Shown: positions 29,098 through 38,309 of the stretch, piece after piece
Layout: the number at the start of each line of letters is the position of its first letter
How positions within the stretch are numbered: the first letter of the stretch is position 1
NCBI GenBank assembly: GCA_964291285.2
Contig: OZ219787.1
Span: forward strand, 1,504,001 to 1,568,000
Length of the DNA: 64,000 nucleotides
Direction: 5' to 3'
DNA from: Alphaproteobacteria bacterium
Lineage (GTDB): Bacteria; Pseudomonadota; Alphaproteobacteria; Bin95
The notes under the pieces: generated by a model
What the model saw: the letters and a program-made list of their open reading frames with translations, nothing else
The model's database searches: none
Told to the model about the DNA's origin: nothing
Position numbers and translations under genes: made by a program

Positions 29098-30480
29098 TTA
29101 TGCTGCGAAGCAGAGGGCGTACTGCATCCGCCTTATCTTGTCGGGCGGAATTATGTTTGGTTCCCGGTGTGGCGGGGAGCGCGATAAATTGTTTCCAAGC
29201 CAGAGTTGGCATCGTATGGCCGCGATTGCATCGGAGAATGTGACGCTGGTTTTCTGGTACCAGGCGGCGGCGTAGGACAGGTGGTTTGTCGAGAGCACGT
29301 CTGTGGCCCAGAGGCAGACGAGGCTGTAGAGCCCGCAGAGGACGGGGGTGGTTCGTGCGATCGCCGCGTGTGACCACTGGCGTTGTGTTTCGAGCCCGAG
29401 ATGGGCGCGCAGTTCCTGGAAGGTGACCTCGACCTGCCAGCGCCGCACGAAGGTGGCGATGATCTTGGCCGGCTCCATGTTGGTGTCGGTGCAGAAGAAC
29501 GCCTGCGGGTCCCGCTCGCCTTCCGGGTCTCGCACCAGCACCCATCGGATGGCCTTGGGAGGTGTGCCGGGACGATACCAGAGCGCGGTATCGGAGATGA
29601 TCTGGAGTGTCTTTTCCTTCGAACTTCCGTACCAGCGCGGAAGCGTGATGCTTGTCCAGCGGGCATCGGGGTCGTCAAGGCGGGTCTGGAGCTTGGGCAG
29701 GGGCGGCCCCTTTTGCCGGGGTCGACCGCGTTTGTTCGGGTCGCGCGGCGGCGGGGGCGCGAAGAGGTTGGCATCGAGCCTCAGCCTGCTGATGAGGGTT
29801 GCGCGCTGTCCGATGCGCCAGGCGAGTTCGTGGGTTCCGAAACTGCTGTCGGCGACGAAGACGATCGCGCGTTGCGGGACCCAGCGAAGGATTTGAAGCA
29901 TGCCCTGTCGCGCCCAGTCGGTGAGTTGCTTGTGACGCCGGCCTTGCCTGGCGGCGAAGCGTTCGGACGGGGCCAGGATGGTCAGGAAGGGCAGGGCCCT
30001 GATGCCCGGCGACCAGGGCAGCGGGACAAGCAGCATGAAGCTGAGCCAGCGCAGCCCGCTGGTCTTGACGAAATGGCCATGGCTGGAACGCACCGGGTCG
30101 CGATAGATGCCGCGCGCCTTGATACGCGCGCCCCAGCGGCGCTCGATGGTGTCATCGAGCCCGATGATGATCGGTCCCTGCCCGGCAAGCCGCGCCACCA
30201 GCACGAGCACGAGCCGGCGTGAAAGGTCACGCGGGTCCCAGCGGGCGCGATTGAGAACCTGATGGTAGGACGAGAATGTCTCGCACATCGCCCGCCCGGT
30301 CACCCGCAGGCAGGCCGACACGGTTCTCTTGCCCGGCGCCAGCAACGCTCCCATGACCAGAACCGCCACCAGCCGCCAGGTCGGGGATGAGAAGGCGCCT
30401 CGAAAGGGCTCCAGCCAGTCGATCAGGAACGGCGGAACCGGATCGCCGATGGCGCTCGAAGGGTCGTCGAAATGTGTCAT
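29098..30480 (-). CDS. IS701-family transposase
   Basis: LDDTIERRWG, GIYRDPVRSS, VADSSF, RRWQVEVTFQE. Confidence 0.9.
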   Translation of the reverse strand: MTHFDDPSSAIGDPVPPFLIDWLEPFRGAFSSPTWRLVAVLVMGALLAPGKRTVSACLRVTGRAMCETFSSYHQVLNRARWDPRDLSRRLVLVLVARLAGQGPIIIGLDDTIERRWGARIKARGIYRDPVRSSHGHFVKTSGLRWLSFMLLVPLPWSPGIRALPFLTILAPSERFAARQGRRHKQLTDWARQGMLQILRWVPQRAIVFVADSSFGTHELAWRIGQRATLISRLRLDANLFAPPPPRDPNKRGRPRQKGPPLPKLQTRLDDPDARWTSITLPRWYGSSKEKTLQIISDTALWYRPGTPPKAIRWVLVRDPEGERDPQAFFCTDTNMEPAKIIATFVRRWQVEVTFQELRAHLGLETQRQWSHAAIARTTPVLCGLYSLVCLWATDVLSTNHLSYAAAWYQKTSVTFSDAIAAIRCQLWLGNNLSRSPPHREPNIIPPDKIRRMQYALCFAA

Positions 30481-30589
30481 GACGACCTTCGAATCCAGAA
30501 GCATCCGGCATGCAAGGGCGCCCGCATGCGACCGGGTGAATCAGCATCGCTGCAGCGACAGAAGCCATCCAATCCGATATCACTGCTTC

Positions 30590-30877
30590 ATGGCCGCATC
30601 CGACCCCTGTCTGGCGCGCATCGAAGCGTTCAACAAATCCAGGGGCGGGGGCGTGACGGTCACCAGGGTGCGCGGCGGCTACAATCTGTATCTCACGGCC
30701 ACGCAGGCACCGATCGCAAGGCTCCAGCCGAAAGGCTCAGGTGACAAGATGAGGGTGCGCTACTGGTCCTGGCGCCAGTCCTGGCAGGACGTCGGAGACA
30801 TGGGGGGCATCGTGCTCCCGCTCGAACAGGCCCTCGACGAAATCGCCAAAAACGAGATCTTCTGGACATGGACGTGA
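30590..30877 (+). CDS. DUF3024-like small passenger protein
   Basis: PIARL...YW..RQSW...LEQALDEI....FW pattern; inside the IS701 IRs, divergent from the transposase. Confidence 0.55.
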   Translation: MAASDPCLARIEAFNKSRGGGVTVTRVRGGYNLYLTATQAPIARLQPKGSGDKMRVRYWSWRQSWQDVGDMGGIVLPLEQALDEIAKNEIFWTWT

Positions 30878-31128
30878 GGTAATTTTGTACAAAGTCGAGC
30901 TAAGAGCACGGTTAGAGCGCTTGTCGCTGGGACAGACCCTCCCAAATGTCAACTCTCAGATTGTCGAAAGCCTCGAAGTTCCCTTGCCACCCCTTGCTTT
31001 GCAACTTGAGTTCGCCGAACGAGTCGAGGGTGTGCACCGGCTCGCCAATGCGCAAACACAAGCCGCCAATCAACTGAGCTCGTTGTTCGCGTCCCTTCAA
31101 CAGCGTGCCTTCCGAGGAGAGCTGTAGC

Positions 31129-31977
31129 ATGCGCAGCGACTTCGTCGGCGTGTGGTCGGAATTGTTGCGGGAGGTCTGGCTTCCGCTGATCGATGAGCCG
31201 CTGCGAGAAGGCGAGGACGACGTTCCGCAGGACATCTTCTGCGAGCTGTACCGGGAGGTCGCCAGTGCGCTGAAGGATCAGCCATCGATCGAAGCGCTGG
31301 CCGACGTCATCGATGACCCGGTTCAAAGCCGGGAGGCATTCGAAAAGACGACCAGGGCCGACCTCGTAGGCGAAGGAGCGGTGGTGACGTTCCTGGAGGC
31401 GGTACACCCGGTACTCGATGACTTGCGCGGCGACGAGCTCTCGAACCGCTACTTCAACCTGTTATCTGGCTTCATCGACAAGTTCAATCTCCGCTACGAT
31501 CTGCGACGTCCCTGCATTCTGTGCCCGACTTTGCCCGGAGTATTTGCAAGCCTCGTAAATGATTTGAGGGCTCTTACCAACCAGGACCCTCACCTCGACG
31601 CGCTTATGAAGGAGTTCGAGGAGTCAGTCCGGGACCTGCGCATTGATTGCTCGGACCGACGAATAAAGACCGTCATCCAGAAGCAAGTGAACCTTCTTGA
31701 GGCGATCGGTGGTGCGGCGCCGGCCGTCACCGGAAACACGCTGGGTGTGATTTGCGATCAGGTCGGTACGTGGCCGCACGAGAAGCTCAAGGAGGCGATG
31801 AAGAACCTGTACGGCTTCGCTTCGGACTACCCAGGTATTCGCCACGGTGGGACACCCGAATCCGCGCTGCGTGCTGTAGACATGCGCGACATGGTGGCAA
31901 TGTCGGTCCTGCTTGCTGGCTTTACGCCATATCTTGCCCACGGGCTCGACGCCGATGTCGTGTATCGGGGGGCATGA
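31129..31977 (+). CDS. AbiJ-like protein with a putative HEPN-type C-terminus
   Basis: C-terminal NLYGFASDYPGIRHG resembles the AbiJ-family LYGYxSD..GIRH motif; sits between hsdS and hsdR. Confidence 0.55.
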   Translation: MRSDFVGVWSELLREVWLPLIDEPLREGEDDVPQDIFCELYREVASALKDQPSIEALADVIDDPVQSREAFEKTTRADLVGEGAVVTFLEAVHPVLDDLRGDELSNRYFNLLSGFIDKFNLRYDLRRPCILCPTLPGVFASLVNDLRALTNQDPHLDALMKEFEESVRDLRIDCSDRRIKTVIQKQVNLLEAIGGAAPAVTGNTLGVICDQVGTWPHEKLKEAMKNLYGFASDYPGIRHGGTPESALRAVDMRDMVAMSVLLAGFTPYLAHGLDADVVYRGA

Positions 31978-31978
31978 G

Positions 31979-34900
31979 ATGAGCCAGTTCGCGTTCCTCC
32001 AGCGCGAATGGCCGGCGGTGTTCGACGCTGCATCGAGAGCCGAGGCCGCCGTCCATGCCGACCCGCGGACGGCCTGCTTCTACGCCCGCCGCGCATTGGA
32101 GCTAGCGGTGAACTGGGCCTACAAGCACGACGCGGCGCTCCGGCTGCCCTATCGGGACAACCTTTCGGCCCTGATCCACGAGCCGAGCTTCAAGCAGGCC
32201 GCTGGCGATGCGGTGTTCAGCAAGGCCAGGGTCATCAACACGCTGGGCAATCGCGCGGTGCACGGCTATCGCGCAGTGCCGGAAGCTGACGCGCTGGCGG
32301 CGCTGCGCGAACTCTTCCACGTGACCTATTGGTTTGCCCGAACCTACGCCCGCGCCGCGCGCCCAGCGCCTGGACTTACGTTTGATCCTGCGGCGCTGCC
32401 CCGCCCTGCGGTGACCAGTCGGAAGACTGCGGAGCAATTGCGGGCGCTCGAGGGCGGACTCCGGGAGCGCGACGAGAAGCTCACGACGCTGCTCGCGGAC
32501 AAGGGTGCTCTCGACGAGGAGCTCAAGCGCCTGCGGTCCGAGGTGGCCGAGGCCAAGAAGGAAGCGGCCGCTCAACCGGACACGCACGACTACTCCGAAG
32601 CGGAGACTCGCGACTACTTCATAGATCTGTTGCTGAAAGAAGCCGGCTGGCCGCTCAATCAGGATCGCGATCGCGAGTTCGAGGTCAGCGGGATGCCGAA
32701 TGCCACGGGCCAAGGCTTCGTGGATTACGTCCTTTGGGGTGACGACGGCAAGCCACTTGGGCTCGTCGAGGCCAAGCGCACGCGCCGGGATGCCCGCGTC
32801 GGGCAGCGGCAGGCCGAACTCTACGCCGATTGCCTAGAATGCCAATTCGGGCAGCGGCCGATCATTTTCTACTCGAACGGCTATGAGCATTGGATCTGGG
32901 ACGACATACGCTATCCGCCGCGCAGCGTGCAAGGCTTCTACAAGAAGGAGGAGCTGGAGCTCCTGATCCAAAGGCGGGAGACGCGGCGCTCGCTGGCGGA
33001 AGCCACGATTAATTCGGAGATCGTCGAGCGCCACTACCAGACGCGTGCTATTCGCCGCATTGGGGAGGCCTTCGAGCGCGACCACGACCGCAAGGCCCTG
33101 CTCGTGATGGCGACGGGTGCTGGCAAGACACGCACGGTGATCGCGCTCTCCGACCTGCTCATGCGTTGCAACTGGGCCAAGCGCGTGCTTTTCCTCGCCG
33201 ACCGGGTAGCGCTGGTGAATCAGGCGGTCAATGCCTTCAAGCGTCACTTACCCGATGCCTCACCCGTCAACTTGGTTACCGAGAGAAACGTCGAGGGACG
33301 AGTCTACGTCTCGACCTATCCGACCATGATGGGGCTCATCGACGAGGCGAGAGATGGCGAGCGTCGCTTCGGGGTGGGTCATTTCGACCTGGTGATTATC
33401 GACGAGGCACACCGCTCGGTATTCCAGAAGTACCGCGCCATCTTCGACTACTTTGATTCGCTGCTGGTCGGGCTCACGGCGACTCCCAAGGATGAAGTAG
33501 ACCGCAATACCTACAGCTTGTTCGAACTGGAGAACGGAGTGCCGACCGACGCTTACTCCTTGGAGGAGGCTGTGCGTGACGGCTACCTCGTGCCCCCCAA
33601 GGCCGTCTCGGTGCCGCTCAAGTTCCAGCGCGAGGGCATCACGTACAACGAGTTGTCGGAGGACGAAAAGGACCAGTGGGACGCGCTGGAATGGGACGAC
33701 GACGGCACTGTGCCCGACCGGGTCGCGGCCGAGGCGGTCAACAAGTGGCTGTTCAATAGGGACACCGTGGACAAGGTGCTGGAGCACCTTATGACCCGTG
33801 GCCTCGCGGTCGCCGGCGGCGACCAGCTTGCCAAGACAATCCTTTTCGCCAAGAACCAGGAGCATGCGGAGTTCATCGCCGAGCGCTTCAACGCCAACTA
33901 TCCGCACTACAAAGGCGCGTTCGGACGTGTCATTACCTTCAAGACGGAGTACGCGCAGAGCCTCATCGATAACTTCTCGAACAAGGAGAAAGACCCACAC
34001 CTCGCGATTTCGGTGGACATGCTCGACACCGGCATCGACATCCCCGAGGTCGTGAACCTGGTTTTCTTCAAGCTGGTGCGCTCGAAGACCAAATTCTGGC
34101 AGATGGTGGGACGCGGCACGCGGCTCTGTCCTGATCTGTTCGGCCCAGACCAAGACAAGGAATTATTCTATATCTTCGACTATTGCCAAAACCTCGAATA
34201 TTTCAGCCAAGACATCCCGGCTACCGATGGCTCGGTCATCGAACCGCTCGGCAAGCGCCTGTTCAATGCGCGGTTGGAATTGATTGCGACATTGGACCAT
34301 CATGCTTGGGAAGGCGAATCGGATGAGCTCAAAGAGCCCGCGTCCTCCTACGGCGATCCAGAAACGAACGCCGCGGTTCGTCGATCTCTCGCCGATCTCT
34401 TGCACCGCGAAGTCGTGGCGATGAATGTGAACAACTTCGTGGTGCGCCCACAGCGGCGACTCGTCGAGAAATATGCGAAGCCTGAAGTCTGGGTGTCACT
34501 GCCGGCAGAGGCCCTGACTGAGCTCTCGAACGAATTAGCCGGACTGCCTTCGGAGTTAGACCCGGAGAAGGAGGAGGCCAAGCGGTTCGACCTGCTCGTG
34601 CTGAATCTGCAGCTCAGCCTCCTGCGACACGAGCCCGGCTTTGCCCGGCTGTGCGACCGGGTCAAGCAAATTGCCGCACTGCTTGAGGAAAAAGCCGCTA
34701 TCCCGATGGTGCAGGCCCAGATGGCGCTCATCCAGGACATACAGGCCGACGAGTGGTGGCAGGACGTCACTGTCCCGATGCTGGAAGTCATGCGTCGCCG
34801 GCTCCGGAGCCTGGTCCAGTTTATCGACAAGCAACAACGTAGGCCGGTCTACACGGATTTCGAGGACCTCATGGGCGGTGAGACAGCCGTGGACCTGCCC

Positions 34901-35392
34901 GGCCTCGCCCCCGGCACGGACTACGCGAAGTTCTTGGCCAAGGTACGTGCATTTCTTCGCGACCACATGGACCATGTCGCCATTGCAAAACTGAGATTGA
35001 ACAGACCGCTCACGGCGACCGACCTCTCAGAGCTGGAGCGGATGCTCATCGAGAGTGGCCTCGGCGGGGCGAGCGAGCTTCAACGTGCGGCAGAGGAGTC
35101 CCAGGGACTCGGATTGTTCGTGCGGTCGTTGGTAGGCATGGATCGCAGTGCTGCTAAGGAGGCCATGAAGACGTTCCTTGTGGGTAAGTCACTCTCGGCC
35201 AACCAGATCGAGTTCGTGAACCTCATCGTCGATCACCTTACGGAGCACGGCATTGTCGCTCCTGATCGTCTCTACGAATCCCCGTTCACCGACATCACGC
35301 CTCACGGACCGGATGGCTTGTTTCGGCCTGAGGAATTGGATGAATTGATGCAGGTGCTCAAGACTCTGCGAGACGCAGCCATTGCGGCATGA
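31979..35392 (+). CDS. hsdR: Type I restriction enzyme R subunit (EcoKI/EcoAI-like, DUF4145 N-terminus)
   Basis: VDY...VEAKR nuclease, MATGAGKT, DEAHRS, GLTATP, TGID, QMVGRGTR, LYESPF. Confidence 0.95.
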   Translation: MSQFAFLQREWPAVFDAASRAEAAVHADPRTACFYARRALELAVNWAYKHDAALRLPYRDNLSALIHEPSFKQAAGDAVFSKARVINTLGNRAVHGYRAVPEADALAALRELFHVTYWFARTYARAARPAPGLTFDPAALPRPAVTSRKTAEQLRALEGGLRERDEKLTTLLADKGALDEELKRLRSEVAEAKKEAAAQPDTHDYSEAETRDYFIDLLLKEAGWPLNQDRDREFEVSGMPNATGQGFVDYVLWGDDGKPLGLVEAKRTRRDARVGQRQAELYADCLECQFGQRPIIFYSNGYEHWIWDDIRYPPRSVQGFYKKEELELLIQRRETRRSLAEATINSEIVERHYQTRAIRRIGEAFERDHDRKALLVMATGAGKTRTVIALSDLLMRCNWAKRVLFLADRVALVNQAVNAFKRHLPDASPVNLVTERNVEGRVYVSTYPTMMGLIDEARDGERRFGVGHFDLVIIDEAHRSVFQKYRAIFDYFDSLLVGLTATPKDEVDRNTYSLFELENGVPTDAYSLEEAVRDGYLVPPKAVSVPLKFQREGITYNELSEDEKDQWDALEWDDDGTVPDRVAAEAVNKWLFNRDTVDKVLEHLMTRGLAVAGGDQLAKTILFAKNQEHAEFIAERFNANYPHYKGAFGRVITFKTEYAQSLIDNFSNKEKDPHLAISVDMLDTGIDIPEVVNLVFFKLVRSKTKFWQMVGRGTRLCPDLFGPDQDKELFYIFDYCQNLEYFSQDIPATDGSVIEPLGKRLFNARLELIATLDHHAWEGESDELKEPASSYGDPETNAAVRRSLADLLHREVVAMNVNNFVVRPQRRLVEKYAKPEVWVSLPAEALTELSNELAGLPSELDPEKEEAKRFDLLVLNLQLSLLRHEPGFARLCDRVKQIAALLEEKAAIPMVQAQMALIQDIQADEWWQDVTVPMLEVMRRRLRSLVQFIDKQQRRPVYTDFEDLMGGETAVDLPGLAPGTDYAKFLAKVRAFLRDHMDHVAIAKLRLNRPLTATDLSELERMLIESGLGGASELQRAAEESQGLGLFVRSLVGMDRSAAKEAMKTFLVGKSLSANQIEFVNLIVDHLTEHGIVAPDRLYESPFTDITPHGPDGLFRPEELDELMQVLKTLRDAAIAA

Positions 35393-36342
35393 CCGCGATG
35401 CCGACGCCGGACGTAGGCCTTCGCGGGGACAGGGGTGTTCATATGGAGACGGCCTGGCGGAGCGCCCTGGGCAAGGATTGCCGGGGCAGCCGCCCGCGAT
35501 GCATCCGGCTTGTGGATGGGACGAGAGGCGAGGTTGCAGCCCGACTGACTGGCCTTGTCGGTCTTCCGGAAGTGGTGGTCACGGAAAGAGACTTCTGGAT
35601 GCCCTACGGGAAACCGGTGTGGGCGAACGGGCAGTGGGATAAGAAACCTGCGGCAGAGACCCGGCTTGACCGTGACGCCGGCTTCCTCGCCCCGGAATTG
35701 CGGCGACGGCTCCAACGCTGGTGGCTGGAGGTTCCGAAGGGAGCGAATACTCCGAACTGGGATCTGGCCGCCACTTGCCGGATCGAAGGAAGAAAAGGCC
35801 TGCTCCTCGTGGAAGCTAAGGCTCACACGAACGAGCTGTCGGATGCCGGCAAGTCGACGTCGGCCAAGGAGAACGGGCGGCGGAACCACAAGCGGATCGG
35901 TTCAGCGATCGAGGAGGCTCGAAGTGGTCTCGGACGCCTGCCGGGCGGATCATGGGGCCTCTCCCGGGACGCTTGCTATCAGCTGTCCAACCGGTTCGCA
36001 TGGTCCTGGGAGCTGGCCATGCTCGGAGTGCCTGTCGTTCTGGTCTATCTCGGCTTCCTGAACGCCGAAGACATGGCGAGGGATGGCACGCCGTTCCGGT
36101 CGGGGGATGATTGGGCCACCGCCATGAAGAAGCACGCACGAGGGATCGTGCCCGAAACCTGCTGGGGACGGCGGCTGGTCCTGAACGGTACGCCCTTCAT
36201 ACCATTAATCCGAGCATTGCATGTACCGTTGACGCCGAACGTGCAGCAGCCGCCCTCCTCGTGGAAACACTCCGCCGTCGAGGACGACGACGTCAGATTG
36301 CGTCCCCCGGCGACCATGGCACCCTCTTGCGATCGTTCCTAG
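35389..36342 (+). CDS. PD-(D/E)XK restriction-endonuclease-like protein
   Basis: PNWDL...LLVEAKAH..E and YQL motifs; ATGA overlap with hsdR. Confidence 0.6.
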   Translation: MTAMPTPDVGLRGDRGVHMETAWRSALGKDCRGSRPRCIRLVDGTRGEVAARLTGLVGLPEVVVTERDFWMPYGKPVWANGQWDKKPAAETRLDRDAGFLAPELRRRLQRWWLEVPKGANTPNWDLAATCRIEGRKGLLLVEAKAHTNELSDAGKSTSAKENGRRNHKRIGSAIEEARSGLGRLPGGSWGLSRDACYQLSNRFAWSWELAMLGVPVVLVYLGFLNAEDMARDGTPFRSGDDWATAMKKHARGIVPETCWGRRLVLNGTPFIPLIRALHVPLTPNVQQPPSSWKHSAVEDDDVRLRPPATMAPSCDRS

Positions 36343-36412
36343 ACTCGACTAATTTGCCAACCGGTGCTACTCAAAAGCGTCCATGAGCCCAGCGATGAGG
36401 AACGATAATATC

Positions 36413-36616
36413 ATGGATCACATCCTATTGGCACGTGCAACGCGCAAGCCATATGCTGAATCTCCCGAGATTGAAGCCGGCGTCCGCTACGACAGCGAAA
36501 AAGGGTACTGGCTGTCAGGCGCGGAGCCTCTAGTTTCAACTGACAACTTCCTTGCGACTGACCCCACCACAAAGAAATGTGATGTGGAAACCGGCGAAGA
36601 CCAGAAAGGCGAATGA
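36413..36616 (+). CDS. graspetide (ATP-grasp RiPP) precursor peptide
   Basis: GAGGAA RBS; C-terminal Thr/Lys plus Asp/Glu core TTKKCDVETGEDQKGE; ATGA-coupled to the ligase (alternative start 36383). Confidence 0.8.
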   Translation: MDHILLARATRKPYAESPEIEAGVRYDSEKGYWLSGAEPLVSTDNFLATDPTTKKCDVETGEDQKGE

Positions 36617-37554
36617 CACCTCGCGTCCTTATCCTATCTGGCCTCTATGATTTTTCGACCGACTTAGTCGTACTCGAGCTGGAAAGGGCGCGTGTTCCAT
36701 ATCTAAGGGTCAACCGCGAACATCTCTCTGAGCACCTGTTTGCCCTTGATCCCATTGCAGAAGAGCTCCGGGTTACAGGCCCGTCCGGTCGATCTATAGT
36801 TGGCCCTGACTTGGCTTCGGTATGGTTCCGACAGCCGGTTTTTTTGCGAAATACTCCATCTACACCACTATCTCCGTATGAGCAACTTGAGCGTTCCCAA
36901 TGGACAGCATTCATGAGGGCTCTCTGCGTTTTCCAGAATGCTCATTGGGTGAATCATCCTGCTGCTACCTATATCGCAGAGTCTAAACCATATCAGCTGT
37001 CAGTGGCTTCCCGATGCGGCTTTCAGGTTCCTAAGACATTTGCTACCAATGACGTCTCTATAGTTCACACCGAATTCCCAGATCAGCTAATAGTAAAATC
37101 CTTGGATACCGTTTTGCTAAGGGATGGCGACGATTGTCTATTTACATATACCACTGTTGCGGATGGATCTACTCTATCCGCTGCTGAGGTAAAGCCTGTT
37201 CCAATGCTTGCACAGAGATACCTGAAGGACAAAAGCGACTTGCGAGTCACTGTTATCGGTGATACAATCTTCGCAGTACGAATTTTGTCTGATGGCGATG
37301 GGATCGTTGGGGATTGGCGAACCCTACCAAAGGAACAACTACAGTATGTTGATATGGAGCTCGACGAAAACACAAAAAAATCATGTTTTGCCCTTACCAG
37401 TGTTCTCAATCTGTCATTTGCGGCGATTGACTTAGTGGATACGCCGCATGGTATCTTTTTCGTTGAGATAAATCCGACAGGTGAATGGGGATGGTTATCA
37501 AAAAAAGATAGGCGCATAGATGTAGCAATAGCGTCTGCATTAGCTTGCCCATAA
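36613..37554 (+). CDS. MvdC/MvdD-like ATP-grasp peptide ligase
   Basis: ESKPYQL, VPKT, IVKSL, DLRVTVIG, DWR, AIDL, FVEINPTGEWGWL. Confidence 0.9.
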   Translation: MTPRVLILSGLYDFSTDLVVLELERARVPYLRVNREHLSEHLFALDPIAEELRVTGPSGRSIVGPDLASVWFRQPVFLRNTPSTPLSPYEQLERSQWTAFMRALCVFQNAHWVNHPAATYIAESKPYQLSVASRCGFQVPKTFATNDVSIVHTEFPDQLIVKSLDTVLLRDGDDCLFTYTTVADGSTLSAAEVKPVPMLAQRYLKDKSDLRVTVIGDTIFAVRILSDGDGIVGDWRTLPKEQLQYVDMELDENTKKSCFALTSVLNLSFAAIDLVDTPHGIFFVEINPTGEWGWLSKKDRRIDVAIASALACP

Positions 37555-37563
37555 TGCGGTAAC

Positions 37564-38238
37564 ATGGGACATCCATTTGCAGCTCGATGCGTTGAAGAAT
37601 TGGTTCCGTTTCTTCAGTATTTCCGCGCCAAAAAGAAGTTGCTTGAAAAATGTTCACAGCAGGACATATTGTTATCGGAAGAATTTACGGAGTACAAAAC
37701 ACTTGACGAGGAGACTCTTGCGGAAAGAATAAAAGATGAGCGTATTCGCGCAATTGCGCTTGACGAAAAGACATTCAAATTCACTATGGCTTTTACTATA
37801 ACTTTTGCAGTGTTTGCACTTGCAGTGTCTTTAGTTGTCCGTGGAAACCACCCAGAGTATGTCATTGTAGCGGCAGCGCCAGGAGTACTTTACCTCTTCG
37901 GAGCGGGGTTTCTAGCCCTTGGAGCAATGAGGACATTGCCATCGTATGGATACGGTACACATTTCAAGCTTCTTGTCAGAGAGCGCAAGGTTGCAGCGTT
38001 GGCGGAGGCGTTGGCTCGTCAGGAAACCATGAATCTGGTGCGACACGTGAGAAACGAAACGTCGCTTATGGCGGCACGAAATGGCTTCGTATGGATTGGC
38101 GCCTGTTTAGTCGTGTTGGTAATCGCGGCAGTCCTAGAAGTATCGGGGTTGAACGAAATGCTGCAAGGACCGTCGGGGCCGAGCCGGTGTTGGACTAGCA
38201 ATAACTGGGTCGGCGACGAGGCCGGGAGCATGACATGA
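37564..38238 (+). CDS. 3-TM membrane protein
   Basis: Three hydrophobic stretches (FTMAF..LVV; YVIV..LGAM; GFVW..AVL); 9 nt after the ligase stop. Confidence 0.75.
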   Translation: MGHPFAARCVEELVPFLQYFRAKKKLLEKCSQQDILLSEEFTEYKTLDEETLAERIKDERIRAIALDEKTFKFTMAFTITFAVFALAVSLVVRGNHPEYVIVAAAPGVLYLFGAGFLALGAMRTLPSYGYGTHFKLLVRERKVAALAEALARQETMNLVRHVRNETSLMAARNGFVWIGACLVVLVIAAVLEVSGLNEMLQGPSGPSRCWTSNNWVGDEAGSMT

Positions 38239-38309
38239 CGGAGAACCGGAGTAAGGGGAACGAAGACAGCCTTTGGCACAAGGTTGATAAAGCTGAGGCG
38301 GTCGCGTTT

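Larger units (their letters stand above)
29083..30900 (-). mobile_element. IS701-family element with a passenger gene
   Basis: IRs GCTCGACTTTGT / ACAAAGTCGAGC; duplicated target TAA (CTAAG present at both junctions). Confidence 0.85.
28513..31127 (+). pseudogene. hsdS: Type I R-M specificity subunit, 5'-truncated by IS66 and split by IS701
   Basis: PSLHEQRRIA..LDKADALR, IFIDMFGDP, GPFGS, PLPPLALQLEF, FASLQQRAFRGEL; rejoins in frame (SVAL|RARLE) across IS701. Confidence 0.9.

Noticed and set aside
26076-29243. 1055-aa plus-strand ORF as a novel HsdS fusion
   Set aside because: The first ~810 codons are the antisense of the IS66 genes; only the part after 28512 is hsdS
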